DNA of 44,240 nt from an uncultured bacterium (GTDB taxonomy: Bacteria > Pseudomonadota > Gammaproteobacteria > GCA-001735895). The number at the start of each line of letters is the position of its first letter. The first letter of the stretch is position 1. The notes under the pieces are model-generated. The model searched no databases. It was not told the DNA's origin and saw only the letters and a program-made list of their open reading frames with translations. The position numbers and the translations under genes were made by a program. The DNA lies in the NCBI GenBank assembly GCA_965370015.1, contig CBDUSZ010000003.1, positions 1 through 44,240 of the forward strand, given 5' to 3'. Shown in pieces: positions 1 through 10,755 of the stretch.

Positions 1-120
1 GCCTGATAGGTGGAATATTATTTTTGATCGCATGTTTTGTATTTCTGGTTCCCGTAATTTCAGCGATACTGTCTACGGCAAACCTCAGTAGCGAACCCGA
101 AACCACCAATACCGAGACCA

Positions 121-1428
121 CTAACCGTAATTAAGTGCGGCAGCGTAGATATTCTCGATATCCTGTAAATTAGTCTCACGTGGCGCGTTTGCGATCGCCC
201 GTATCTGTCGCACCGATGAGGCCGCCAAAGGTTTCACATCGGCTTCACTAAACCCCAGGTCGCCCAGGCCATTCGGCATGCCGGTTTTTTTCATCAGTTC
301 GATAATACGCCCTGCCACCACCTCGCCGGCTTCGTCGGGACCGGCATCCCAGGCATTCGCTCCGAGACTATTGGCGGCTTCGAGATGGCGTTCCGGTGCC
401 CCGGCAGCAGTGTAGCGAAAGATTGCCGGTGCCGAGGCAATTACACTAATGCCATGGGGAATAAATGGCGAAGCTACCGAGTAGTCGGCGGTGGTAATGT
501 CCTGCATTAAATGCGTCACCCCGTAAGAAAGTGCATGCGGTAAATGCGTACCCGAATTACCAAATGCCATGCCGGCGAGCGTGGCACCCCACATCAGTTG
601 ATCGCGGGCCTCGCTATCCCCGGCGTCTTTAACACCGCGTTCCAAAAACTCACCCGCCAGTTCTAACGCACGCGTTGCGGCCAGGTCACTCCATGGATTC
701 GCGCCCTGAACATAAGGCCGTTTCAGTGGGTCGTCGACTTTGGCCCAACGCGTATAGGCTTTTGAGGTATAACACTCGATCGCATGACTGAGCAAATCGA
801 AACCGGTAGAGGCCACTATATTACCCGGCAAACTATCGCAACAGGCCGGATCGACCAGCGCTTCGTCGGGTAATAATAACGGGTTACCAAGCACGAACTT
901 GGTGTTTAAATCATTGATTCGAATGACCGACAAGGAGGTGCATTCGGATCCGGTACCAGAAGTAGTGGGACAGGCCAAATGTGGTAGCAAGGTGCCTGGA
1001 ATCGGTTTCCCGGCGCCCAGTGGTGGTGCGAAATAATCGAGAAAGTCACCGGTCGGATACAGGCCATAAACCATTGCAGCCTTGGCGGTATCCATTACCG
1101 AACCGCCGCCCACCGACACCATAGCGTCGAAATCTCCCTCGGCGATAAAACGCGCACCGCTCTTAACACTGCTATCGTCGGCCTCGATGCGGATTTCAGA
1201 AAATATTTCAACCTCCAGGCCGGCTTCACGCAACGATTGCTGCACGATAGCGACATAAGGACCGTCTTGCAGAAATGGGTCGGTGAACAGGGCAATACGT
1301 GTCATGCCTCGTGCGGCGGCCCGGGCACCAACCTCGCTCAGACATCCGCGCCCGAATGTCAACTTCGGTATCGCCACGGTAAATGTTTCTGCGCCGTGGT
1401 CGCAGGGCGCGAAATATTGACAGCCCAT
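121..1428 (-). CDS. Iron-containing alcohol dehydrogenase family, hydroxyacid-oxoacid transhydrogenase (HOT/ADHFE1)-like
   Basis: 435-aa ORF with Fe-ADH motifs GGGSVMD, PTTSGTGSE, DLLSHAIE, HLPHALSY and PHG. The N-terminus and the RPYVQGANPWSD insert resemble HOT-type members. Confidence 0.8.
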   Translation of the reverse strand: MGCQYFAPCDHGAETFTVAIPKLTFGRGCLSEVGARAAARGMTRIALFTDPFLQDGPYVAIVQQSLREAGLEVEIFSEIRIEADDSSVKSGARFIAEGDFDAMVSVGGGSVMDTAKAAMVYGLYPTGDFLDYFAPPLGAGKPIPGTLLPHLACPTTSGTGSECTSLSVIRINDLNTKFVLGNPLLLPDEALVDPACCDSLPGNIVASTGFDLLSHAIECYTSKAYTRWAKVDDPLKRPYVQGANPWSDLAATRALELAGEFLERGVKDAGDSEARDQLMWGATLAGMAFGNSGTHLPHALSYGVTHLMQDITTADYSVASPFIPHGISVIASAPAIFRYTAAGAPERHLEAANSLGANAWDAGPDEAGEVVAGRIIELMKKTGMPNGLGDLGFSEADVKPLAASSVRQIRAIANAPRETNLQDIENIYAAALNYG

Positions 1429-1527
1429 CGTTGATTTCCCCTAGATTTGATAAGTGCTAATACTACCATCACTCGCCATTGAGGTAACCGATTCTATGTA
1501 TCCTTTGACTCCGTTTGATGGCGTCAA

Positions 1528-2118
1528 CTAATGCGTCGCCCGCTCACCCCAAATTTCCCGTAAGCGTTTATCACGCCCACATCCCCATCTATAGTATTTG
1601 TATTTAAGCGGATTACTCTTGTAATAGTCCTGGTGATAGCTCTCGTCACCGCTAATCGGATAAAAGCGCATCGCATCGAGTATCGGCGTAACCACGGCTT
1701 TATCAGGGAACATTTCGATCACCTGCTGCTTCGATTGCTCAGCCAGTTTTCTCTCTTCGTCGCTGGCAACAAAAACGGCGCTTAAGTAGCTATCACCCTT
1801 GTCACAAAACTGACCTCGCGCATCGAAGGGATCGATATTGACCCAGAAATGATCGAGTATGCCCCGATAGTCGACTACCTTCGGGTCATAGGTGATCTCA
1901 ACAGCCTCGTAGTGCCCGCTGTGATTGCCGTTATAGGTGGGATTTTTTAATCTACCACCGGTAAAACCAGATACCACGTCACTCACACCCGGCAAAGATT
2001 CATAATCCGATTCCATACACCAGAAGCAACCCCCGGCGAGGATGGCCTTAGCGGCCGACACGGATTGAGCGGAAATCGCTAACAGAAAAATCATCATAAG
2101 CCGATTTGTTATTTTCAT
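1528..2118 (-). CDS. msrA: Peptide-methionine (S)-S-oxide reductase, probably exported
   Basis: Catalytic GGCFWC, GHYEAV, GQFCD and YHQDYY motifs, plus an N-terminal signal-peptide-like segment ending VSA-A. Confidence 0.92.
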   Translation of the reverse strand: MKITNRLMMIFLLAISAQSVSAAKAILAGGCFWCMESDYESLPGVSDVVSGFTGGRLKNPTYNGNHSGHYEAVEITYDPKVVDYRGILDHFWVNIDPFDARGQFCDKGDSYLSAVFVASDEERKLAEQSKQQVIEMFPDKAVVTPILDAMRFYPISGDESYHQDYYKSNPLKYKYYRWGCGRDKRLREIWGERATH

Positions 2119-2328
2119 AGTTACGCCAATTCATAATATTTAAAAATTAAATTCCATTGGTTTGACTCAAATTGTCGCACCCGGTTCAGTATTATTAAGC
2201 GCACGGAATGTGAACTCGCCACTATTGACGCTTGAATTTCTCTGAGTATATTTGGTCTATAAATCTATATCTGTATCTAAAAAATGCGCCATCATGGAAC
2301 GAGCCCGTTCCAGGCCGGGGAGGAGTCA

Positions 2329-3066
2329 ATGAAAATTATCGTCAGTATGCTACTTAGTCTCGCTTTGTCACCGCTATATGCGGTCGGTATGGCGGTCGAC
2401 TATCAGGTCAATGGAGAGGACTACCAGGGATATTACGTCAGTGCTTCAGCAGACGCCCCGCTAGTGCTATTGATCCATGACTGGGACGGTCTCACCAATT
2501 ATGAAATCAAGCGCGCAGAGATGCTCGCCGAAATGGGTTATTCGGTGTTCGCAGCTGACCTGTTCGGTGCGGGCGAGCGCCCGACAAAAGTCGTAGACAA
2601 GCGGCAACACACGGGGGAGCTTTACAAAGACCGCAAAAAGATGCGCTCATTGATGACCGGGGCACTTGAAAAAGCCGCATCGCTTGGTGGAAATAAAACT
2701 AACGCCATCGCAATGGGTTATTGCTTCGGCGGTGCTGCAGTACTGGAACTCGCCCGTTCTGGTGCCGACCTGAAAGGATTTGCCACTTTTCACGGCGGGC
2801 TTAAAACGCCTGACGGACAAGATTACAGCGATACCAAAGGTAAAGTATTAATCATGCATGGCACCGCGGACACCGCAATCACGATGGATCAGTTTGCTGG
2901 CCTCGCGAAAGACCTGGAAGGTGCCGATATAGCGCATGAAATGATCACCTATAGTGGCGCACCGCATGCTTTTACGGTATTCGGCTCTGACCGATACCGC
3001 GAGGATGCGGATCGAAAATCCTGGGATCGGTTCAGCCAGTTTTTAAAGGAAGTTAGTGCGTGGTAG
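2329..3066 (+). CDS. Dienelactone hydrolase family protein (signal peptide likely)
   Basis: GYCFGG nucleophile elbow, HGTAD, HAF. Start placed at ATG 2329 behind GGAGGAG. Confidence 0.88.
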   Translation: MKIIVSMLLSLALSPLYAVGMAVDYQVNGEDYQGYYVSASADAPLVLLIHDWDGLTNYEIKRAEMLAEMGYSVFAADLFGAGERPTKVVDKRQHTGELYKDRKKMRSLMTGALEKAASLGGNKTNAIAMGYCFGGAAVLELARSGADLKGFATFHGGLKTPDGQDYSDTKGKVLIMHGTADTAITMDQFAGLAKDLEGADIAHEMITYSGAPHAFTVFGSDRYREDADRKSWDRFSQFLKEVSAW

Positions 3067-3079
3067 GATAACATCTGGC

Positions 3080-6034
3080 CTATAGGAGTTTATTTAATAG
3101 CGTTAACGGATGCTGATTCGAAATCTTATGGTGTTGCAACTGGCACCTGCATGAAAACCCACTGCTTAAAAGTTCCCCTTGGTGACTGCTGGCAATATCC
3201 TGCCAGTTGAGTTTGAATATATCATCGCATAGCTTCTGATTTTCGCGCTCGTGTCCGAACAGGCCTGCCATACCGCAACACCCGGCTGACTGGATGTTCA
3301 ACGATAGTCCCAAATGACTGAAGATTGTTCGCCAATCCTGTGCTGATTGTTTGTCGCCAGTCTGTTCCATGCAGTGGGGTAACAGCAAGTACTCTTTCCC
3401 CGGTTTCGCCAGGTCACTGGTTGGTTGATGGGCTTTCAAATCAATCCTGGCTTCGCCGATTTGGGTCGCGATCCAGCTTTCGACCGACCAAATCGTATAA
3501 TCGGGCGCTTGCCCCAGTACCTCGGCGTACTCTTTTTGGTGCAGCAAGCGGGTGACGACCTCGACACTGATCAGTGGTAAACCAGTTTTCGCGAGCCGCT
3601 TTGTGGCCTCGACATGCGCCAGTGCCTGGCGCTTAAACTCATCGCGAAATCCCTTTACGTGTAGCGCCTTGCCATTAGCTAAAACTGGCGCGAACAGCAC
3701 CTTATAGCCAAATTTACCGAGCAAATCGTGGGCTGCCAGCAATACTTCTGCGCTATAACTGGCATTGAAGCTGTCTGGCAGTAAAATCACCTGGTTTTCA
3801 GCACTCGAATCCCTGCTCGGCAATGCATCCAACTCGACAGTTACGGCATTTCGCTTTGCTAAGCCTTTTTGCAGCGAACTCGAAAAACGCGGTGGCGAGA
3901 CAATTCCGACCCCCCACCGGAGCAACGCAATCGAAACAGCATTTTGTGTCAAACTGTTGGCAAGACGTGGCGCACGCCTGCCCAGATTGGCGAAGGTTTC
4001 AAGGTACGCGAATACCCTGTCTCGCAGTTTGCGCCCGTGTTTCCTGGCATAGTGTTGCAGAAAGGACGATTTCAGATCGGGAATATCAACTTTCAGAGGA
4101 CAGCTATAGGAACAGGATTTACACGACAGGCAGGCATTAAGCGAACTATAAATCTCGGCTTCAAGTGCTTGTACCCGTTCAGAGTCGGGTTCGATCGATT
4201 GTAACCTGGCCCATTCGCGCAACATCGCCGCCCGGCCCTTGGGTGACAGGGTTTTGTCTTTAGTTGCCTTATACGAGGGGCACATGGCGTCATTTACCTG
4301 CCAGCTAAAACAGGCCGCATTGCCATTACAGTTAATCGCTGAATTGTAGCGCTTCGCCCAGTCGTGCCTGATCTGTTCATCGAAAGCACCGCGGAAAGGT
4401 ACCTCGTCGATTTTTGCGACCGTGACTGGATTGCCCTCTGGGGTCGCGAGTTTTCCCGGATTGAAAAGATTGTGCGGATCGAATGCAGTTTTAATCTGGT
4501 GTAGCACCGGCATTAAATGTTCGCCAAAAAACAGCGGCGAATACTCGCCCCGATAACCGCGTCCGTGTTCACCCCATAACAACCCGCCATATTGTTTCAC
4601 CAGAGTCGCAACCTGATCGGTGATGCTGCGTATCATCTCGCGGTTCGATTGCTGGGTCATATCCAGCATTGGCCGAACATGCAGACATCCGACATCGGCG
4701 TGCCCGTACATTGCATAGTCGATTTTATGATCATCGAGAATGGCTCGAAATTCCTCCACATAGTCGGCGAGCTGATCTGGTGGTACCGCAGAATCCTCAA
4801 CAAAGGCCAGACCCTGGGGTTTATCCTTCATTGCGGCAAGCAAACCCACCGAGCGACTACGCAGATTCCATAAAGAAGCAATCGCTCCTACATCGGTTTC
4901 CACCAGGCTAGTGACGACAGCGTAGTCCTTGCTGGTGCGCTTGATATGCGCATCGAATTTTTCACATTGCTGCCGGATACTCTCCTCATCGTCACCAATT
5001 ACTTCGATAAAGTTAATTGCCTTGAGCGACTGGTCTAGCGGCTGACCTTTAAAAACGGCCTGGATATCATGCCATATCGGATCACGCTGCGCCTGCGAGA
5101 TAAGCTTGTCATCGAGAATTTCGATTGCCGCCGGATTCGACTCGCATAATTCAGCCACGTGCCGCAGTGCTTTCAGGTAGTCATCGTAGAGTACAACAAT
5201 CAATGCCTTGTATTTTGGTACCCTGGCCAGGCGAAGCGTTATCGATTTGGTAAATGCAAGCGTGCCCTCAGAGCCGGCCAGCAAGTAACTCATGCGAAAC
5301 TGTTGGTCATCGCCCAAAACCTGTTTCAGGTTATATCCGGTCAATCCGCGATTGAGATCAGGAAACACCTTATCGATTTCGTCACGATGCTGCACTACCG
5401 CTTCGTGTACCCGGTGTTGAAGACGATCACCCAGGGAATTGTTTTTTAATGCGGATAATTTTTCTATCGGCGTCGGCTTGACCTGGTAGTCCGAAGCATC
5501 GGATAACACCACATCGAGTGCTTCGATATAAGCCGAGGTTTTGCCATAAATACGTGAGCCTTTACCCGAGGCATCGGTCGCCACCATACCGCCAATGGTC
5601 GCGCGAGATGCAGTCGATACATTGGCTGGAAAAAATAATCCATGGGGTTTTAGAAATTCATTGAGCTGGTCGAGAACCACGCCCGGTTCAACACAAACCA
5701 GTCGTTTTTGTTCATCGAAGCGGATTATTTTGGTCAAAAATCGCGAACAATCGACAATCACACTAGCATTTAACGACTGTCCATTAGTGCCGGTGCCACC
5801 GCCACGCGCGGTAATTGAAATAGTATCGTCAGGCAGGTCACCGACAGCCTCGACAATTCGATTAATATCCTGCCCCGTCGCCGGATACAGAATCGCCTGC
5901 GGCAATACCTGGTAAATACTATTATCCGTAGCCGCGACGATACGTGCACCATAACTGGTTTCAATATCACCCGTGTAGCCCGACTTTTTTAACCTGTTAA
6001 GGAATTGCGTTAGATTATCTTGATCACTAGACAT
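3080..6034 (-). CDS. ydiJ: FAD-binding and Fe-S-binding oxidoreductase, YdiJ/D-2-hydroxyglutarate dehydrogenase-like
   Basis: 984 aa with ATDNSIYQ, RGGGTGTNGQ, GHADVGCLHVRP, GEHGRG, CLSCKSCSYSCP and C-terminal CCGMAG/GFSCRCQ motifs. Confidence 0.85.
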   Translation of the reverse strand: MSSDQDNLTQFLNRLKKSGYTGDIETSYGARIVAATDNSIYQVLPQAILYPATGQDINRIVEAVGDLPDDTISITARGGGTGTNGQSLNASVIVDCSRFLTKIIRFDEQKRLVCVEPGVVLDQLNEFLKPHGLFFPANVSTASRATIGGMVATDASGKGSRIYGKTSAYIEALDVVLSDASDYQVKPTPIEKLSALKNNSLGDRLQHRVHEAVVQHRDEIDKVFPDLNRGLTGYNLKQVLGDDQQFRMSYLLAGSEGTLAFTKSITLRLARVPKYKALIVVLYDDYLKALRHVAELCESNPAAIEILDDKLISQAQRDPIWHDIQAVFKGQPLDQSLKAINFIEVIGDDEESIRQQCEKFDAHIKRTSKDYAVVTSLVETDVGAIASLWNLRSRSVGLLAAMKDKPQGLAFVEDSAVPPDQLADYVEEFRAILDDHKIDYAMYGHADVGCLHVRPMLDMTQQSNREMIRSITDQVATLVKQYGGLLWGEHGRGYRGEYSPLFFGEHLMPVLHQIKTAFDPHNLFNPGKLATPEGNPVTVAKIDEVPFRGAFDEQIRHDWAKRYNSAINCNGNAACFSWQVNDAMCPSYKATKDKTLSPKGRAAMLREWARLQSIEPDSERVQALEAEIYSSLNACLSCKSCSYSCPLKVDIPDLKSSFLQHYARKHGRKLRDRVFAYLETFANLGRRAPRLANSLTQNAVSIALLRWGVGIVSPPRFSSSLQKGLAKRNAVTVELDALPSRDSSAENQVILLPDSFNASYSAEVLLAAHDLLGKFGYKVLFAPVLANGKALHVKGFRDEFKRQALAHVEATKRLAKTGLPLISVEVVTRLLHQKEYAEVLGQAPDYTIWSVESWIATQIGEARIDLKAHQPTSDLAKPGKEYLLLPHCMEQTGDKQSAQDWRTIFSHLGLSLNIQSAGCCGMAGLFGHERENQKLCDDIFKLNWQDIASSHQGELLSSGFSCRCQLQHHKISNQHPLTLLNKLL

Positions 6035-6173
6035 AGGCTTTAATTTTATCCTCTGAACGACCCAAATAGCGAGCCATCGTTTGCGGGTGATAAAATAGCA
6101 GAAAGCTGGGTTACGAAGTTGAATGGCTTTATAATTACTACAGCAATCACTAGTTTATCGCTGGAATAAATAT

Positions 6174-6845
6174 TTGAAGCCTGACAAACACAATGAATGT
6201 GTCATTCTATTGCACGGACTGGCACGCACCAATCGCTCGATGCTGAAGATGGCAAAAGCCCTCGAAACTGCTGGCTACGATGTGTTCAACTGCAGTTATC
6301 CATCTCGTAAAAAAGCAATTGAATTACTCTCTGCAACCACAATCGAACAGGCTATAGCGCATTGCGAGGAAAATATTCAACCCAAATACATTCATTTCGT
6401 CACGCATTCGATGGGTGCTATTTTAATCCGCTTTTTCCTCGAACAGCATGATATCAGTAATCTCGGACGGGTAGTCATGCTCGCACCGCCTAATGCGGGT
6501 AGCGAGCTGGTTGATCGTCTATCGCATTTCCAGCTATTTACCCTGATCAACGGCCCTGCCGGCAAACAACTTGGCACCGATGCTTCGAGTCTACCCAACT
6601 CACTTGGACCCGTCGACTACGAAGTCGGTATTATTGCGGGAAATAAAAGCCTGAACCTGTTATCTTTTGCTTTAATACCTGGCGAAAACGATGGCAAGGT
6701 GTCGACTCGAAATACCAGGCTCGAAGGTATGAGCGATTACATAGTGCTACCCTATACACACACTTTTATGATGAACCAGCCACAGGTCATCGAGCAAACT
6801 ATCTCGTTTTTGCAACATGGGCAGTTTAACCACGATCCTGTTTGA
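6174..6845 (+). CDS. Alpha/beta-fold hydrolase (lipase/esterase-like)
   Basis: LLHGL oxyanion motif, THSMG nucleophile, NDGKV Asp and HTF His. TTG start is uncertain. Confidence 0.8.
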   Translation: MKPDKHNECVILLHGLARTNRSMLKMAKALETAGYDVFNCSYPSRKKAIELLSATTIEQAIAHCEENIQPKYIHFVTHSMGAILIRFFLEQHDISNLGRVVMLAPPNAGSELVDRLSHFQLFTLINGPAGKQLGTDASSLPNSLGPVDYEVGIIAGNKSLNLLSFALIPGENDGKVSTRNTRLEGMSDYIVLPYTHTFMMNQPQVIEQTISFLQHGQFNHDPV

Positions 6846-6939
6846 ACTACCTGAATCATGACTCTAATATTGATCACCATGCCAATTTCAGTTAAATACA
6901 TCAACCGGATCTGCTACTAATCATTCAAACAAAATAACC

Positions 6940-7407
6940 ATGCTAGAAAAAAATCAACCCGCTCCCGACTTCACCGCAGTTAACCAGGATAACGAATGTG
7001 TCAGCCTGTCGCAGTTTAAAAGTAAACAAAACGTCGTATTGTATTTTTATCCAAAAGACGACACACCGGGTTGCACCATCGAGGCCAACGAATTCACTGC
7101 GCTGATAAAAGAATTTGCCAACGCCAACACGGTTGTGCTCGGCGTTAGCAAGGATAGCTGCGAAAAACACCGCAAGTTTATCGCCAAATATGACCTGAAG
7201 GTCGGTTTACTCGCCGACACATCGGGTGACATATGCGAAAAGTATCACACCTGGGGTGAAAAGAAGTTTATGGGTAGAACCTATCTGGGTATAACGCGAT
7301 CGACTTTTCTGATCGACAAATCGGGGACGCTGGTGGAAACGAATTATAAAGTAAAGGCCAAAGGTCACGCGCAGCAAATGCTTGAGTTAGTACGCGGCCT
7401 AAATTAA
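6940..7407 (+). CDS. bcp: Thioredoxin-dependent peroxiredoxin Bcp/PrxQ
   Basis: FYPKDDTPGCTIEA active site and RSTFLID. Confidence 0.92.
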   Translation: MLEKNQPAPDFTAVNQDNECVSLSQFKSKQNVVLYFYPKDDTPGCTIEANEFTALIKEFANANTVVLGVSKDSCEKHRKFIAKYDLKVGLLADTSGDICEKYHTWGEKKFMGRTYLGITRSTFLIDKSGTLVETNYKVKAKGHAQQMLELVRGLN

Positions 7408-7560
7408 GTTATAATTTCCTGCAAGCGATCTACCGATATAGACCAGTAAACAGGGCCGAATAGCCTAATTGCCTGATCAAAAGCGCTTGAATCAACTAAT
7501 GAGAGTAAGTATTTAATCGAAAAACCCTCAAATAAACATGGTGTTGGCTGCTCTACGCGC

Positions 7561-7574
7561 TATAATCGCGCGCC
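7561..7574 (+). promoter_or_regulatory. Probable sigma70 -10 element with GC-rich discriminator for typA
   Basis: TATAAT at 7561-7566 followed by CGCGCGCC, 30 nt before the typA ATG. No good -35 seen. Confidence 0.45.
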
Positions 7575-7596
7575 TTGTAAAAGCTGACAATAGATT

Positions 7597-9447
7597 ATGA
7601 CCTCTAGTAGCCGCTCAGACCTACGAAATATAGCGATTATCGCTCATGTTGATCATGGTAAAACCACGTTGGTCGACCAGTTGTTAAGCCAATCCGGAAT
7701 GCTGGATTCTCGCGCGGACGCACCCGAACGCGTGATGGATTCAAATGATCTGGAAAAAGAGCGCGGCATTACCATTCTCTCCAAGAACACCGCGATCAAC
7801 TGGCACCATGCCGGGCAAAATCAGGATTACCGGATCAACATCGTCGATACGCCCGGGCACGCGGATTTTGGCGGTGAAGTGGAACGCGTACTGTCGATGG
7901 TCGATTCGGTATTATTGCTGGTCGACGCCGTTGACGGACCGATGCCACAAACACGTTTTGTCACCCAAAAAGCTTTTGCAATGGGATTTACGCCAATTGT
8001 TGTGGTGAACAAGATTGATCGCCACGGGGCACGTCCACATTGGGTGGTTGACCAGGTATTTGAGCTATTCGACCAACTCGGTGCCAATGATGAGCAACTC
8101 GATTTTCCGGTGATTTATGCTTCTGCATTAAATGGCTATGCTGGCAATGAAGACACCGTACGCGAAGGTGACATGACACCACTTTTTGAGGCCGTAATCG
8201 AACATGTCGCACCACCACAGGTTGAGATAGACGGACCCTTTCAAATGCAAATATCCAGCCTTGACTACGACAGTTACAAGGGGGTGTTGGGCATTGGGCG
8301 AATAACTCGCGGCACGGTAAATCGTAATACCCCGGTTAAAATAGCTGGCACCGACGGCAAAATCCGTGACGCTCGTTTAATGCAGATTTTCGGTTTCAAA
8401 GGCCTGGAACGTATCGAAATTGAAACTGCGAGAGCTGGCGACATCATCGTATTCTCTGGTATCGAAAAACTTTATATTTCCGACACCCTTTGCGACCGTA
8501 ACCAGATCGAAGCCCTGCCTGCACTCAGTATCGACGAACCCACAGTCAACATGACTTTTAGCGTCAACAGCTCACCCTTCTCTGGTAAAGACGGTAAATT
8601 TCTCACTTCGCGACAAATTGATGAGCGCCTGCAGCGCGAGTGTTTGCACAATGTCGCTCTGCGCGTCAACCAACTGGCTGATTCCGACAAGTTCATAGTC
8701 TCGGGTCGTGGTGAATTACACCTTGGTATTCTGATCGAAACCATGCGGCGTGAAGGATTTGAACTTTCCGTGTCGCGTGCTGAAGTCATCCTGAAAGAAA
8801 TCGATGGCCAACTTTGCGAACCCTACGAAGAACTCACGGTCGATATCGAAGAGCTCTACCAGGGCGCCATCATGGAAGCGCTGGGCGGTCGTAAGGCCAA
8901 CCTGAAAAACATGATACCTGACGGTAAAGGCCGGGTACGTCTCGATTACGTGATTCCATCGCGCGGTTTAATCGGCTTTCAGTCCGAATTCATGACTCTC
9001 AGTTCCGGTACCGGTCTGATATATCACGTTTTTAATCACTACGGCCCCAGGATCGAAGGCGATATCGGCCAACGAAAAAATGGCGTTCTGATTTCAAATG
9101 CAACTGGCAAAGCACTGGCCTACGCCCTGTTTAATCTACAGGAACGCGGCAAATTGATGATCGGACATGCTGAGGCCGTCTACGAGGGTATGGTGGTAGG
9201 TATACACAGCCGCGCAAATGACCTCGTGGTTAACCCGCTAAAAGCCAAACAACTCACCAACATCCGCGCCGCCGGCACCGATGAAAATCTAATCCTGACC
9301 AAACCGGTGAGATTGACTCTGGAGCAAGCACTGGAATTTATCGACGACGACGAACTGGTCGAGGTGACACCGAAAAATATTCGCATCCGGAAAAAAATTC
9401 TGCTGGAACACGAACGCAAACGCGCGTCAAGAAGTAGCGCCGCTTAA
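7597..9447 (+). CDS. typA: Translational GTPase TypA/BipA
   Basis: [40 protein letters not shown] and the BipA C-terminal domain ([13 protein letters not shown]). Confidence 0.98.
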   Translation: MTSSSRSDLRNIAIIAHVDHGKTTLVDQLLSQSGMLDSRADAPERVMDSNDLEKERGITILSKNTAINWHHAGQNQDYRINIVDTPGHADFGGEVERVLSMVDSVLLLVDAVDGPMPQTRFVTQKAFAMGFTPIVVVNKIDRHGARPHWVVDQVFELFDQLGANDEQLDFPVIYASALNGYAGNEDTVREGDMTPLFEAVIEHVAPPQVEIDGPFQMQISSLDYDSYKGVLGIGRITRGTVNRNTPVKIAGTDGKIRDARLMQIFGFKGLERIEIETARAGDIIVFSGIEKLYISDTLCDRNQIEALPALSIDEPTVNMTFSVNSSPFSGKDGKFLTSRQIDERLQRECLHNVALRVNQLADSDKFIVSGRGELHLGILIETMRREGFELSVSRAEVILKEIDGQLCEPYEELTVDIEELYQGAIMEALGGRKANLKNMIPDGKGRVRLDYVIPSRGLIGFQSEFMTLSSGTGLIYHVFNHYGPRIEGDIGQRKNGVLISNATGKALAYALFNLQERGKLMIGHAEAVYEGMVVGIHSRANDLVVNPLKAKQLTNIRAAGTDENLILTKPVRLTLEQALEFIDDDELVEVTPKNIRIRKKILLEHERKRASRSSAA

Positions 9448-9947
9448 TGACTGTTAGCTACTTCGCCTATGGTTCAAATATGGCCAGTCAGCGGCTGCTG
9501 CAACGCCTGCCGAGAGCGAAACACATGAAGCTGGCGATACTCGTCCAACATCGGCTGAAATTCCATAAAAACGATCGTGGGTTATCGGGCAAGTGCGATA
9601 TCGAGTTAACCGGCAGGGTTGACGATGAAGTGGTCGGAGTCATCTATGAGATTAGCCTGGAGGATAAACAAATACTGGACCAGATAGAAGGTCTGGGATG
9701 TGGATACGACGAAAAAACTGTCGAACTAAGAACGCTCTCGGGGCAAACTATATTTGCCGTTACTTATTTTGCCATCGATATCGACAAAAATATGATTCCG
9801 TATCACTGGTACAAACAACACGTGTTACGCGGCGCAATTGAACACAACCTACCACGGGACTATATCAGGCTTATCGAAACAATACCCTCCAAACCTGATC
9901 CGGACGAACGACGTAACCTGCGCGAACTCGCCATCTACGATAATTAA
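9447..9947 (+). CDS. Gamma-glutamylcyclotransferase family protein
   Basis: YFAYGSNM, LDQIEG and Y..HVLRGAIEH motifs. TAATG overlap with typA suggests translational coupling. Confidence 0.85.
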   Translation: MTVSYFAYGSNMASQRLLQRLPRAKHMKLAILVQHRLKFHKNDRGLSGKCDIELTGRVDDEVVGVIYEISLEDKQILDQIEGLGCGYDEKTVELRTLSGQTIFAVTYFAIDIDKNMIPYHWYKQHVLRGAIEHNLPRDYIRLIETIPSKPDPDERRNLRELAIYDN

Positions 9948-10149
9948 TAATATTAAGGGTGCCTCTATTAATCAGGATTTTTTCGTCACAGGCCTGGCGA
10001 TTGCTCCCGCATTGCCCCAGGGCACCTACTGTTGGCGTCTAAAGCGCCTACTATTGGTCTAATAAGTTACATCCATGTAACGATACAAGGGCTGGCCCTG
10101 GCGAAGCTGCTTTGGGTCTCGCGGGAAAAGACGATTAATAGAGTGATAC

Positions 10150-10689
10150 TTACAGCTGCGGGGTAAATCCCAGGACACGTACCTGTCCGGGGAGGCTCGG
10201 ATTGAAAAGATGGTTATGCCAGTAGGTGGCCTGATGCGCTAAATCCTGCTCTGAAATTTCTGTTACAGTGAAATCGAATGCATGTTCGATACTGTTTTCG
10301 ACAAATTTCAGACGACACTCACCCGCCCTGGTCAGTGCATCGGCAAGTGGCGAGTCTAAACTAAATAGCGCCGTCAACTCATTCGAGAAATTGAAATCAT
10401 CCAGGTAGTGGCGCTCAGCCAAAATGCGTAGGCCATTTTTAAGCCATTCGGCTGAATCCTGCGTCTTTCGAATGATGTGCCTTATCTCCGAATTCAGATC
10501 AGCTGACTCCTGCTTGACAATAAGAAAATTCATCCGGCTTTGTTCTTCACCACCGGATATCGAGTACACCCTGGCGTTCATCCCGGAAGTCGGGCGACCA
10601 CCGAGCTCGCGTACACTCACTTTTCGCAGGCGGCACTGCCACGACATGAATCGCTTATATTGATCGGCTGGGGATAATTTCTGATTCAT
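10150..10689 (-). CDS. Hypothetical protein, probably co-transcribed with fhs
   Basis: 179-aa ORF with normal protein composition, starting 66 nt downstream of fhs on the same strand. Confidence 0.7.
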   Translation of the reverse strand: MNQKLSPADQYKRFMSWQCRLRKVSVRELGGRPTSGMNARVYSISGGEEQSRMNFLIVKQESADLNSEIRHIIRKTQDSAEWLKNGLRILAERHYLDDFNFSNELTALFSLDSPLADALTRAGECRLKFVENSIEHAFDFTVTEISEQDLAHQATYWHNHLFNPSLPGQVRVLGFTPQL

Positions 10690-10755
10690 CTTTATTCGCT
10701 AATCATGAAAAATTGGGCAGTGATGCCGGTTAGAAATTACTGCCCCTGCTATCGA

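Noticed and set aside
9952-10145. Possible MITE/IS end (TAAGGGTGCCTCTATTAA) in the convergent gap
   Set aside because: No matching second end, target duplication or transposase is visible in the window.
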